A DNA stretch of 64,000 nucleotides from Neodothiora populina (taxonomy: Eukaryota): NCBI RefSeq assembly GCF_041146345.1, contig NW_027191408.1:620001-684000 (forward strand), given 5' to 3'. The notes below the pieces were generated by a model, which was not told the origin of the DNA, made no database searches, and saw only the letters and a list, made by a program, of their open reading frames with translations. The position numbers and the translations under genes are program-made. Of the stretch, positions 23,594-34,943 are shown piece after piece (positions within the stretch are counted from its first letter, which is position 1; each line of letters starts with the position of its first letter).

Positions 23594-25041
23594 TCATTGT
23601 ATGAACTTCTTGAGCCCCCTGAGTCTGTTCTTGGCCTCCTCGAGCACAGAGTCCTCCTTGCATACGGCAAACCTCAACCAGTCCTCGACGATGTGGGCAT
23701 TGTCATCAGTAAAGAACTCGGTAGGTGGAATGGCGGCGACGCCGAGCTCCATGATCAAGAACCAACTCAGCTTGAAGTCTCTCGGGCGACTGGCGACGTG
23801 GGGAGGGAAAGGGTAGTCAGCCGGTAGCTTGACCTTGGCAAGATTGACGAGCACAAAGTAGCCGCCTTCCGGGTCGGAAAAGGGCAGGTCGAGCTCCTTC
23901 CAGATGCCGTTGAACAGGTCCATCTTGGCCTTCATCTCCTGCTTGGTCTCATCCCAGAAGTTGTGCTTGTCGGCCTCTTCGAAGCCGATGGCCATGGCCT
24001 CCTGCAGCGGGCTCACGCTGCTGTAGCAGATGCGCGTGTGCGCGGCGCTGACATATTTGATCAGATGCTCGGGTCCGATGAGCCAGCCGACGCGCCACCC
24101 AGTTGCATAAAAGTTCTTTCCGCCGGATCCGACCGTGAGCGTCAGGTCGGCGATTTCTGGAGACAGCGTGGCGATGCGCGTGAAGGGGACGTAGTACAGA
24201 CGATCGTAGACCTCGTCGGACAAGATGATGACCTTGTTCTTGACGCACAGGTCGCCGATGGCTCGCAGCTCGTCCTTGTGGAAGACCTTGCCGATGGGGT
24301 TGTGGGGGGTGTTGAGCACGATCATGCGCGTCTTGTCCGTCATGGCTGCTTCCAGCTTGGCCATGTCCAACGTCCACTCTGCGGCCGACGTGTTCTCCGT
24401 GGCTCCACGGGCGGGCGGGTCCAGTGGAATGTACACAATCTTGCCGCCTGCCATCTGGATGTTGGAGATGTACTGATCGAAGAACGGCTCGAAGACGATG
24501 ACCTCGTCGCCGGGCTCGATGAAGGCCATGAAGGCCGAGAGCATACCCTCATTGGCGCCGGTGGTGATGGTGACTTCCTTCTCGGGATCGAGTGTTCGTC
24601 CGAAGAAGGGAGTGTAGGCATCCGCAATGGCCTTCTTGAGCCTCGGACGGCCCTTTGAGCATTTGTCAGCCAGGTAAGTAGAAAATGAAAGACGATGAAA
24701 CGAACCTTGGTGGGTGAATACTGGTTACACTCGACTCTGTCCAGCGCTCCCTTTGCTGCATTCACGACAAACCCTGGTGGGTTGTAGCCGAAGAAACCCT
24801 GTCCCATGTTCACGATTGGCTGCACAGGTGAGGCAGCGGCTGCCTCGTTGACGATGGTCCACACATCTTGTTTCTGGCCGGCGACACGCGCCGCTGGCTT
24901 GTAGGGATCTCCTCTCACCATTGCTGTGTGAGTGAATGGGCGTTTAGACGACAAGAACACAGGGCGTGAGACGGTGTAGGCGGGCCTCGTCAAGAGAAGA
25001 GAAGGTCGTAGAATGATGGTATTGCTACACACGCTCTTCAT
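23594..25041 (-). CDS. BNA3: Class I PLP aminotransferase, kynurenine aminotransferase-like, 2 exons
   Basis: NMGQGF, NQYSPTK|GRPRL across intron 24653-24705, NTPHNPIGK, SDEVY, SGGKNFYATGWRVGW (PLP lysine) and LRFAVCK. A second in-frame ATG sits at 24921. Confidence 0.9.
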
Positions 25042-25335
25042 GACGAGTCATCAAAGCCCCTCGGTAGGTTCGTCGATAATCACTTCCCCAGATGTTTTTC
25101 CAATTTATCTCCGCGATAGCAGAGCACGTCATCACGCAAGAAGGTCCGATATAGGCGATATACAAGTATCTGATAGGCTGAGTGAGGTATCTGTGTATCA
25201 TCATTGTAAGATAAGGTACCTTACTGTAGCTCAGCTTAACGTAGCTTCAGTGTTTGCCGAGCATCGCGTCTTCCATCCCGCGTTTCTTGCTGTATATTGA
25301 CTTAACTGACGTTATTTGTACACGATGGTCATCAG

Positions 25336-27156
25336 ATGTCTGCACCCGCCGTTGTTGACTGTCCCATCTGCTGCAAGCCAGTCAAGGAAGTCAACATAAA
25401 CAGACACATTGATTCGTCATGTCTTGACTACCATGAAACCGCCCTAGCGCCTGCACCAAATCAGCAGCAGCAGCAGCAGCAGTCGCAGAATGGCTTCTTG
25501 CCAAAACCATCGCAAGTCGCAAACTTCTTTCAGACACCCAACGGCAAGAGAAACACAACTTCTGCACATGGTACACCATCTTCTCAACAAGCCATCACTC
25601 AGCCGAGGGCTTCGCAGACTCCCGCTGCATCCTTGAAGAGACCTCACGCTTTTGACCCCATCCATGATGGAGTCAAGGAAGAGACCCCGAATGCGCCTGT
25701 GCCCACGCCCGCACCTGCACCAGCACCAGCACCAAAGAAGCTGAAGACCTCCGCAAATCTCGAAAAAGCTGCACCACTGGCCGAGCGCATGAGACCGCGC
25801 ACATTGGATGAAGTCTATGGACAAGACCTAGTTGGACCATCTGGAGTCTTGCGCTCTCTCATCGAGACCGACCGAGTGCCCTCAATGATCCTATGGGGTG
25901 GACCTGGCACTGGCAAGACCACAATTGCGCGCCTCATCGCCCAAACTGCCGGGACGCGCTTCGTCGAGATCAACAGCACTTCCACTGGTGTTGCCGAATG
26001 CAAGAAACTCTTCCAAGAGGCCAAGAACGAACTGTCATTGACTGGCAGGAAGACAATCATATTCTGCGACGAGATCCATCGCTTCTCAAAATCACAGCAG
26101 GATGTCTTTCTTGCTCCCGTGGAATCTGGCGCCATCACGCTTATTGGCGCAACAACAGAAAATCCCAGTTTCAAGGTCGTCAACGCTCTCCTCTCGCGCT
26201 GTCGTACGTTCACTTTGGCAAAGCTCACCGACGAGGACGTCTTCGCGATATTGAGAAGAGCATTGCAGCAAGAGTCGAGTGTGAGCCCTCAGTCGTTGTC
26301 ATTGATGGAGAGTGACGACCACACACTTGTTCGCTATCTCGCTACATTTGCAGACGGAGATGCACGGACGGCCTTGAATCTACTCTCATTGGCATTGGAT
26401 CTTTCGGGACGACCGGACATGACACTTGATGCGATCAAGTCCGCACTGACCCAGACTTTGGTCTACGATCGCGCCGGGGATCAACATTACGATACCATCA
26501 GCGCCTTCCACAAATCTCTTCGTGGCTCGGATCCTGATGCAAGTCTGTACTATCTGACTCGCATGCTGCAAAGTGGAGAAGACCCGCGCTATATAGCACG
26601 GCGGATGGTGGTGGTAGCATCCGAAGATGTTGGTCTGGCAGATAACTCCCTTCTTTCGCTTGCCACCGCCACATATCAAGCATGCGAGACGATTGGAATG
26701 CCAGAGTGCAGGATCAACTTAGCTCATTGCACTGTGGCACTGGCTTTGGCACCGAAAAGCACAAGAGCATACCGTGGCATGAATGCAGCGTACGCTGCAT
26801 TGGCAGAGCCCGGTGTTGCTGGCTTACCTATTCCGATCCATCTCCGCAATGCGCCAACAAGGCTGATGAAGGAACTCGGCTATGGCAAAGAGTACAAGTA
26901 CAATCCGCACTATCTCGATGGAAAGGTACAGCAGGAGTATCTGCCCGAGAGGCTCAGTGGAAGGAGATTCCTGGATGACATAGACCTGGGCACGAAGGTC
27001 GATCCTGAGCTACAGGAGCCAGTAACATCGAACGACCACGATGATGATGTAGAAGCAGAAGTAGAGCTCGCGCATGTTGCTGAGGAGCCAAGCCACGATG
27101 CTGTGGAGGATATGAGATCAGAAGAAGACATGCTTCTCAATCCCGATGGTGAATGA
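25336..27156 (+). CDS. MGS1: Mgs1/WRNIP1/RarA AAA+ ATPase with an N-terminal UBZ zinc finger
   Basis: CPIC...INRHIDSSC (UBZ4), PLAERMRP, GGPGTGKTT, FCDEIHRF, GATTENPSF, ISAFHKSLRGSD and HLRNAPT. Confidence 0.95.
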   Translation: MSAPAVVDCPICCKPVKEVNINRHIDSSCLDYHETALAPAPNQQQQQQQSQNGFLPKPSQVANFFQTPNGKRNTTSAHGTPSSQQAITQPRASQTPAASLKRPHAFDPIHDGVKEETPNAPVPTPAPAPAPAPKKLKTSANLEKAAPLAERMRPRTLDEVYGQDLVGPSGVLRSLIETDRVPSMILWGGPGTGKTTIARLIAQTAGTRFVEINSTSTGVAECKKLFQEAKNELSLTGRKTIIFCDEIHRFSKSQQDVFLAPVESGAITLIGATTENPSFKVVNALLSRCRTFTLAKLTDEDVFAILRRALQQESSVSPQSLSLMESDDHTLVRYLATFADGDARTALNLLSLALDLSGRPDMTLDAIKSALTQTLVYDRAGDQHYDTISAFHKSLRGSDPDASLYYLTRMLQSGEDPRYIARRMVVVASEDVGLADNSLLSLATATYQACETIGMPECRINLAHCTVALALAPKSTRAYRGMNAAYAALAEPGVAGLPIPIHLRNAPTRLMKELGYGKEYKYNPHYLDGKVQQEYLPERLSGRRFLDDIDLGTKVDPELQEPVTSNDHDDDVEAEVELAHVAEEPSHDAVEDMRSEEDMLLNPDGE

Positions 27157-28259
27157 CAGATTTGAAAATGCGGCCTAGCTAGCTGGCCTAGCGACGGTAC
27201 ATCACCTTGCTGAGGTATTCTGAACTCGCGTCTTTTGTGGTACAGCTGAGAACATAATCAAACAATGTGCATGCGAAATTATGAAACAAGCTGTCGCATA
27301 GTAGTCACTTTGATGTTGAGATAGATTTCGACCTTGCAAGCCATAGTCACGGGTCCATCTGCGCGCCTAGAGATGATCTTCGATTCCCAGATCCAGGGTC
27401 AAGTAATCACGTCTGCACAGTAATAATGACTGCCTTTTAATTGGGTCGACTCCATCTCGTCTTTGTTGGAGATGTCCCGTGGAGGATTGGGGCACGGACG
27501 CACCCACTTGACATCAGTGGGAATATCAGGCCGTTGAGGATGTCAAGAGTGGGTGATTTCTGATGGGTCTTCCGGATAGCCAAGGCTTGTCGACTAATGG
27601 CGTCGTATCTTGACTCCAGCTGTTGAGCTTCCGGCAGTACCTATGCTGTAGCCTTCCTGACAACAACCTGACTGTTCAGACAAGATACATACTGTATACA
27701 ACATAACATTATATATCACATGATCGGCGTATAGTGATGCTTCGGACTGGCTGATCTGTCAAACAACCATACGCCCACAACCTAGATCCTAATATACAGT
27801 CACCTATATATCCCTGTCCTAGCCATACAACCGATTTGACCGCATTGGCGCGTCTATGCAGGGCATTCGCTTGATCTGTCCCGGTACCCGTCTTATCGAA
27901 GCCGTCGCTTGCGATCCCCTTGCTTATTTTCAAGTCGCTCCCGCTCGCGAGTCTTGTACTGTACCTTGATACTCGAGGGAAAAAAAGGGCTGAAGGGCTT
28001 TTCTGTTCCAATTGTACAGTAGGCAGCTTCGAATATTGCCTCGGTCGACTCGACGCGACACACTTTCAATCTGGAAGGCCTGAATCGACATTCACCTCAG
28101 CCGACACCTTCGCATCATACTCCTGCGAGTATTGAGCTAATCGAACTCCCTGCTTCCGCCCTAGCTCGGTCAACCGCAGCCACCGTCGCACACCAGGGTG
28201 CCTCTCGAAGATCGCAGCGTCGGGAAGAGAAGCTACGTGCGCTTCTTGAGGAGATCGAG

Positions 28260-30947
28260 ATGAAGTTCTCTCACAGCATCCAATTCAACGCCGTGCCCGA
28301 TTGGTCCAGTCACTACATCTCCTACAGCAATCTCAAGAAACTTATATATCAGCTCGAGAAGCAAGTGCATCAAAAGCCGGACACCGCCCAGGATGCCGAG
28401 TCGTCTCCGTTGCTGGACGGTCCCAACGATGATCCCGACAAAGTCTTCTCCAAGGCTCTCGATCACGATCTGGAGAAGATCTGCACCTTCTACCAGTTGA
28501 AAGAACTCGAGATCTACGGTGAGATAGACGCGCTGCTCAAGGACGAAGAGGAATACGAGGCAGATCAAGATGGAGAGGCTTCACAGGACGGCAGGCGGCC
28601 GCCATTGGCCAAGTTCAGATCCGGCAGCATCTTCAAGAGCTTCAATCTGGGCAAGAAGCGCAGGTCAAGCACCATCACCCGGTCTCAGGACAACATCGAC
28701 GAGGAAGAGGGGGAGAGTGACGATGACGCCAACGAGAGGTCTGCGCTGCGAAAGACGAGGTCTCACGAACACAATCCGTACGACATGACTGCGAGCTCGA
28801 ATCTCGACACCGTGTCCAGACGAAGACCCAGTACCTCGGATGACATTGATGAGCAGGCTCTTGATATCATGTACAACGAGGGTGTCACACTCAAGAAACG
28901 TGCGGTCAGCCTTTACGTCAACCTTTGCGAATTGCGCTCTTTCATTCAGCTCAACAAGACTGGCTTTTCCAAAGTCCTGAAGAAATACGATAAGATTGTC
29001 GACAGGAAACTCAAGAGCTCTTACATCAAGGCTCATGTTGATCCAGCCTACCCCTTCTTACAGGAGACCCTCGACCACCTGAACGGGAACATCGAGAAGA
29101 TCGAGCAGGCATATGCTGACATTGTCACCAATGGCGACATTCAGATCGCCCGTCGCGAGCTCAGACTGCATCTCCGAGAGCATGTGGTGTGGGAGCGCAA
29201 CACTGTGTGGAGAGAGATGATCGGTATTGAGAGAAAGGCCCAGGCGGCCAACATGGGCATCCGCCAGACCATGCTCGGAGGTGACGATCGTGGGAATGCA
29301 AGGCTGCAGGGCGACGAGCCCGAGAGCAGTACCAAGGAGGTCTCGACGCCTATTGGAAGATACAGATGCCCGCGATTCCTCCTGTCCGCCACTTTCTACA
29401 TCCTTGTCACCATCATTGTGATCTTTGCCGTCCTTTTGACCGTTCGTATCATGGAAAAGCCAGAGCAGCAGAACTGCCTGGCCCTAGTTGTTTTCGTCAG
29501 TCTGCTGTGGGCCACCGAGGTAATCCATGAACGACTATTCTTCTGTTTCTGACTTGAGCTGACCGCGATGATCAGGCTATCCCTCTGTTCGTGACCTCTC
29601 TAGTGATCCCCTTCCTCGCCGTTGTTCTGCGCGTCGTGCGTTCCGACACTGAGCCTCACCGCCGCCTCGAATCCAAAGCCGCCGCTTCTTACGTCTTCTC
29701 TGCCATGTGGACCCCAGTAATCATGCTTCTTCTTGGAGGCTTTACGATAGCCGCAGCCCTCTCCAAGTATAACATTGCGAAGATGATGGCGACTTTCGTG
29801 CTGAGCAAAGCTGGCACCAAGCCTAGGACTGTTCTGATCACTAGCATGTTCGTCGCCATGTTCGCCAGTATGTGGATCAGCAATGTTGCAGCACCAGTGC
29901 TTTGCTTCTCCATTATTCAAGTGAGTCCTCACCTTTTTTTTTCCTCTTTCAATGGCTAACACAGTCTAAGCCTATCCTCCGTAATCTGCCGGCCGACTCG
30001 GACATGTCGAAAGCGTTGCTGCTGGGAATAGCTCTTTCATCCAACATGGGGGGCGCCGCCTCGCCTATTGCTTCTCCTCAGAATCTCATCGCCCTGCAGA
30101 ACATGTCGCCTGCACCAGGCTGGGGTATCTGGTTTTTCATTGCACTGCCTGTTTGTATCATCAGCATTCTCATGATTTGGGTGCTCTTACTTGTCACTTT
30201 CCAGCCTGGCCGAAACACCACGATTGTGCCTATCCGACCCATGAAGGATAAGTTCACCGGAGTCCAATGGTTCATCAGCATTGTCACTCTCCTTACCATC
30301 GCACTCTGGTGTGTCAGTCATCAACTGGAGCCCATATTCGGAGACATGGGAGTCATCGCAATCATTCCCATTGTGCTCTTCTTCGGCACCGGCATTCTTA
30401 CCAAGGAAGACTTCAACAACTTCTTGTGGACAATCATCATCCTGGCTGCCGGCGGTCTTGCTCTCGGCAAGGCTGTGAATTCGTCTGGGTTGCTGCACAC
30501 CATCGCCGAGGCCATCACGAGTCGCGTTGAGCAACTCAGCCTGTACGGCGTCATGTGCGTCTTCGCGGCGCTCATTGGTGTGGTAGCCACCTTCATCAGT
30601 CACACCGTGGCCGCACTGATTGTGCTGCCTCTGGTTCAACAAGTCGGACAGTCGATGAGCGAGCCTCACCCAAACCTCCTGGTCATGGCCAGCGTCCTCA
30701 TGGCTTCGGCTGCCATGGGACTTCCTACGAGTGGATTCCCCAATATGAGTAAGTGTGATTATTCATATTCTATACACGAAGTAGTGCTAACAACGACACA
30801 GCGGCCATCATGATGGAAGAGCCCAACACCGGCCGTCGCTACCTTCAGGTCAAGCACTTTTTGACCAGAGGTATCCCGGCCTCCATAATGGCATACGCGG
30901 TCATCATAACCCTAGGATACGGATTGATGATCGCTGTTGGATTTTAG
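28260..30947 (+). CDS. PHO91: SPX-domain low-affinity phosphate transporter (Pho87/90/91, SLC13-like), 4 exons
   Basis: SPX start MKFSHSIQFNAVPDW...YSNLKKLIY, LNKTGFSKVLKKYDK, WATE|AIPL, SMWISNVAAP and TSGFPNM|TA. Introns 29520-29575, 29921-29970 and 30749-30801. TAG at 30945-30947. Confidence 0.92.
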
Positions 30948-31432
30948 AAAAGCGCGAGCAGTACATATGAGAGTAGCAGACCTGTGGCTACAGAGAGAAG
31001 CGAAGTGAGCATGTTCGCCCGAAATTGAGCTGTAATGTTATAATGTTCGGAAAGTCGATTCATGCAACGAGTTGTATAGAGATAGTGCATATAAGCCCTA
31101 TATATACCTGGAAGCATATGATAGCGATATGTTGTGTTCTCGCGATCGAAGTGTCTGGAGTCGGAGGTCCGTAGTCTCTGTCCGATTTGTCGGTGTCCGA
31201 CATGCGTGCACAAACTCCTCGTGGATGTGGGAGACCCGGGCGTATGCACGTCTTTTGAGAGAATCATGAAGAGCCGCTCGATGACCTCTGTCGCGAGCTC
31301 TTCGCGAATGGACAGCGTCCAGTCCTCCCCATGGGGGCGAGCAGAGCGGAAGATGGCTTCGTCCGATCCAGCCAGAAGCTAGCCGTAGGAAGTCGTGACA
31401 ACGATGATGATGAAGATGAACCAATGAGAAGA

Positions 31433-31750
31433 TCACTCCTCCCCCACATCCTCCTCGCCATACATCTCCTCCTCCCTCTTCTCGTCCCTCTGACTCGCCT
31501 TCTTCTTCCTCTGCAGCCCCGCACTATCCAACGAAGCGACCGCCTCCTGCAACTTGTCCTCCTCCATCTTCTCCGTCAGAAAACCATTGATGTCGTCCTG
31601 CATTTGAGACACGTGGCTGCGCACCGAGCAGATGAAGGCTGTTTTCTCGGTCACGGAGTCGGCGGTGGGAGGGGAGGGCAGGGCAAGGGCGAAGGTTTGG
31701 GTTGTTGTTGACGAGGCGTAGCTTGCTGTCAGCGAGGCCGGGGTTGACAT
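31433..31750 (-). CDS. GON7: EKC/KEOPS complex subunit Gon7
   Basis: 105 aa, with LTASYAS...F, QMQDDINGFLTEKMEEDK and the acidic EEEMYGEED tail characteristic of fungal Gon7. Confidence 0.8.
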   Translation of the reverse strand: MSTPASLTASYASSTTTQTFALALPSPPTADSVTEKTAFICSVRSHVSQMQDDINGFLTEKMEEDKLQEAVASLDSAGLQRKKKASQRDEKREEEMYGEEDVGEE

Positions 31751-32222
31751 TATGAGGTCGATTGGTTGATGGTGCAGGTGATTTGGTAGAGGGTAATGGT
31801 TGATGGAGTAAGGTCAGTGTAAGGTATAAGATATGATGATGATATGGTGATATAGCTGGACCGTGCTATAATTTTGGTATAAGATACAGTAATTGGAGCT
31901 AAAAGTACAGTCAGGGTCCACAAGATCCCTTCGGAAACCCTTGCCAGCCTCGGCCCGATGACGCCGGTGCTGCGACATCTCACTCAGTGCCTGTACAGCA
32001 AGGTACAGTACCTCGTTAGCCACTGTACGGTTTCAGGACATTATTATTGGGGATCATCTGGAAGACCGAATAATTTCCATAGCCTCTCATCTTGTGTGTA
32101 TCCTCTGGACTTAGTGTCTAACACAGAACTGGCCTTGCTTTTTGGATTAGAAATTAATGTGCGGCTGATGCACCTGAAATGGATGTCGACGTGGACGTGG
32201 TCTTGTTCCTAGAGTACTCGTC

Positions 32223-34943
32223 ATGATGAATGGTACAAATAGCAATAATCTGAGGCCCCCACCGCGTCCTCAGTCGCCAGGGGGTCCCAGGACAACTTCC
32301 ACCGTGTCACGAGCAACACATCGTAGCACTTCTTCACTTTCTAATGCCTCTGCTGGTTCTTCCGTTGGCGAACTGACAATGCAGAAGCGCCACCCAAGCG
32401 TGCAGCCGGCGACGAGGCCTGCCACTGCCGGAGGGCCGTCAGCAAGCTCAAGCAGTCTCCAGAACTTTTCCAGACCGACTCCTCGAGGTTCGGTCGATAG
32501 TGGAATGCGTTCGCCTCCCATTTCTGGTATGCATCTCGGTCATCGTCCTCGTCAGCATTCACAGGGATTTTTCGAACCATCGCTGCCGCATGCATCCTCG
32601 GTGAATGCGGGAGGCCTGTCCGCTTCCCAAATCGCTGCCCAGGCGGCAATGCAGCATGTCACACCTGGTCAGCAGGAGAGAAAGCGGTCTGCAGGTTCCC
32701 TTGCTCCCATCAACACTGCATCAGGCCACCAGACTACCCGACGTGTGCCTTCACCAATCAATATCGCTGCAGCAGCTACGGCAGGTCCGGGCTATATGGG
32801 CTATGCCAACGGCAGCGTTGGAGGTAGGCATCTCGCCGCTACTTCCGCTGCCAATGCTGCTTTCCCTCGCAGTCCTTTGCCATCACCTAACCCTCAAACT
32901 GCCGACTCTAACATATCTTCTGCGACACCGCTGGAGGTGCGGCAGCCGCCACCACCCCCAGCTCCGCCGCTACCAGCCAATGTGCCTATGCAGGAAGCGA
33001 AGACAAAAGAACGCTCCAAGATGAACATGAAGCTGTTCTCGAAACCAAAAAACATAGCCATTTCCGGAATGTCGAAGGACAGCGAAAAGAAGCAGCCATC
33101 GCTGCCATCTCCGAGTCGTGGCATCGCAAACCTGCGGTCGCCGTTCCCTAACATGTCTACTACCAGCCTTGGAGAGACTTTGCCATCTTCGGGCGCTACG
33201 TCTCTGTACTCGTCGGCCAATGCTTCTACCTCTACACTTGTCCCCGGATCTAACGGTTTGGAAAAGGACAAAGAAAAGCATCGCCACCATCATTTCCTGT
33301 CTCGACAAAAACAAAAACTAAAAGAGAGCGCCGAACACCGGAGTTTGCCCCTTTCTTCCGCTTCATCCAACTCGCAAGCTGTAGACCCATCTGCACCTCA
33401 GTCTTTGTATTCTTTCGCACCGTCATCACCCGGCTTCTCTAAATCTGTAAGTGGGCTCGATTTGAGACATGGCGGCCGGGCCTTGCGCGAGAAGAAGAAA
33501 GAAGGCAAGGCTGCGGCGGCATCTGCTTCGGCTTTGACGCCTGTGATATCAAACTCTTCGGCGAACTTGTCAAAGTACGACGAGTCTCGGACTGAGTTCC
33601 TCGGCCCGAGCAGTCTCGACTCCAGCTCCATACTGGGCCCGCCCACTGGCATGTCGTCCAGCGTTTTCTCATTGCCGAGCTTGGAGCAAGCTCCCACGAT
33701 ATCAGCTATCGCATTCGGTAACATTGGCACCTCTATGGGCCTCACTGGGATCACCGCGGACGATGCCTGGCCACTGCTGAAGGCGCGACTTTTGAACATA
33801 TTCGAGGGCGAGGACCTGCGCACTCCGATTGAAGATTTCAATCTCCTCGTTGCTGTTCATGTTCGTCGATGCATTCAGAAACGTGCACCTGTGATTCTCA
33901 TAGAGGATCTTCGCGAGCTGCTACTGACAGGCTTCTCATCTCTAGCACAGACTCTACGTGGTGTACCTGATGAAAGACTTGTTCCGAAGCTTGTCGAGAT
34001 GTGGGTGACAGTATTCGGCACCATACTTCCATTCATCCAAGCTGTATTTTTGCCTTTGGACCTGGAGTTCCGGGGACAGGGAACCATCATGTCTCCACGC
34101 GAGGCCGCAGAGTTTTGGGGAGGCTTTGCCCCCGAGGACGGATTCAGAAGCGACGAACGACCATCGAGTTCAGGAGATACCATCAAATCACCTTCTTTAG
34201 GCGAAGAGCTCGATGTGCGGCGCATCACTCTTATCATCTTCCGTGACACGGTGGTCTTACCCAAGCACGACAGCCTGATGGCCATCTTCTCACGGCTTTC
34301 CCTGGACAGCATCAAGACCGAGCCATCCCCTGCAACGATATCCTCTCCACCAGACTACAAATCCCGCAGCAGGGGCATTTCCAACTCCGCAACCAGCGGC
34401 GCCGAACGTCCCAGCACAGGAGGCAGCCTCTCGCCCCGGCTGAGCAGCTTCAACTCCCAAACCTCGACCCTCGACGCAGCCTCGAGCTCCTCAGGCGGCG
34501 GCGGCGGTGGCGGCGGCGGCGTCTTGAGCCAAACCCACTCGCGCTCGCGCGCAACCTCAAACACCTCCGCTGGCTCCTTCGGCACCTCCCTCCCGCACCT
34601 CCCCTCTCCCCTCTCCCAGCCCCCCCTGCCCTTTCCAAGCGCATACCCCGCTCGCACCTCCGCACCACCTCAACCCTCGCCTCCTGTCCCCCTCGCTGAT
34701 CCCGCGCACATCACCGAGACCGTCGCGCGCATGCTGCAGTGCGTCAGTGTGCTCGCGAGCGTGCAGACGGGCGATCACGGCCAGGGCATCATCGAGAGAC
34801 TGACGCAGGCTCTAAAGTACAACTGGCTCGGACGGGGACGCACGGGGCGTCAGAGAAGGGGGTGGGTGGGCATGAAAGTCGGTGCGAGGGGCGCTGTTGG
34901 TGGTGGTGGTGGCGGAGGCAGGGCTGGTGTCACAGTACAGTAA
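32223..34943 (+). CDS. HbrB-domain protein (Bit61/PRR5-like TORC2-associated subunit)
   Basis: Long S/P-rich N-terminus, then DDAWPLL...IEDFNLLV...W..VFGTILPFIQAVFLPL...FRDTVVLP and RMLQCVSVLASVQTGD. Confidence 0.82.
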   Translation: MMNGTNSNNLRPPPRPQSPGGPRTTSTVSRATHRSTSSLSNASAGSSVGELTMQKRHPSVQPATRPATAGGPSASSSSLQNFSRPTPRGSVDSGMRSPPISGMHLGHRPRQHSQGFFEPSLPHASSVNAGGLSASQIAAQAAMQHVTPGQQERKRSAGSLAPINTASGHQTTRRVPSPINIAAAATAGPGYMGYANGSVGGRHLAATSAANAAFPRSPLPSPNPQTADSNISSATPLEVRQPPPPPAPPLPANVPMQEAKTKERSKMNMKLFSKPKNIAISGMSKDSEKKQPSLPSPSRGIANLRSPFPNMSTTSLGETLPSSGATSLYSSANASTSTLVPGSNGLEKDKEKHRHHHFLSRQKQKLKESAEHRSLPLSSASSNSQAVDPSAPQSLYSFAPSSPGFSKSVSGLDLRHGGRALREKKKEGKAAAASASALTPVISNSSANLSKYDESRTEFLGPSSLDSSSILGPPTGMSSSVFSLPSLEQAPTISAIAFGNIGTSMGLTGITADDAWPLLKARLLNIFEGEDLRTPIEDFNLLVAVHVRRCIQKRAPVILIEDLRELLLTGFSSLAQTLRGVPDERLVPKLVEMWVTVFGTILPFIQAVFLPLDLEFRGQGTIMSPREAAEFWGGFAPEDGFRSDERPSSSGDTIKSPSLGEELDVRRITLIIFRDTVVLPKHDSLMAIFSRLSLDSIKTEPSPATISSPPDYKSRSRGISNSATSGAERPSTGGSLSPRLSSFNSQTSTLDAASSSSGGGGGGGGGVLSQTHSRSRATSNTSAGSFGTSLPHLPSPLSQPPLPFPSAYPARTSAPPQPSPPVPLADPAHITETVARMLQCVSVLASVQTGDHGQGIIERLTQALKYNWLGRGRTGRQRRGWVGMKVGARGAVGGGGGGGRAGVTVQ

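Noticed and set aside
16153..30947. Possible phosphate-regulon cluster (GIT1-like plus PHO91)
   Set aside because: The genes are 10 kb apart with unrelated genes between them, and I saw no CACGTG site in either promoter.
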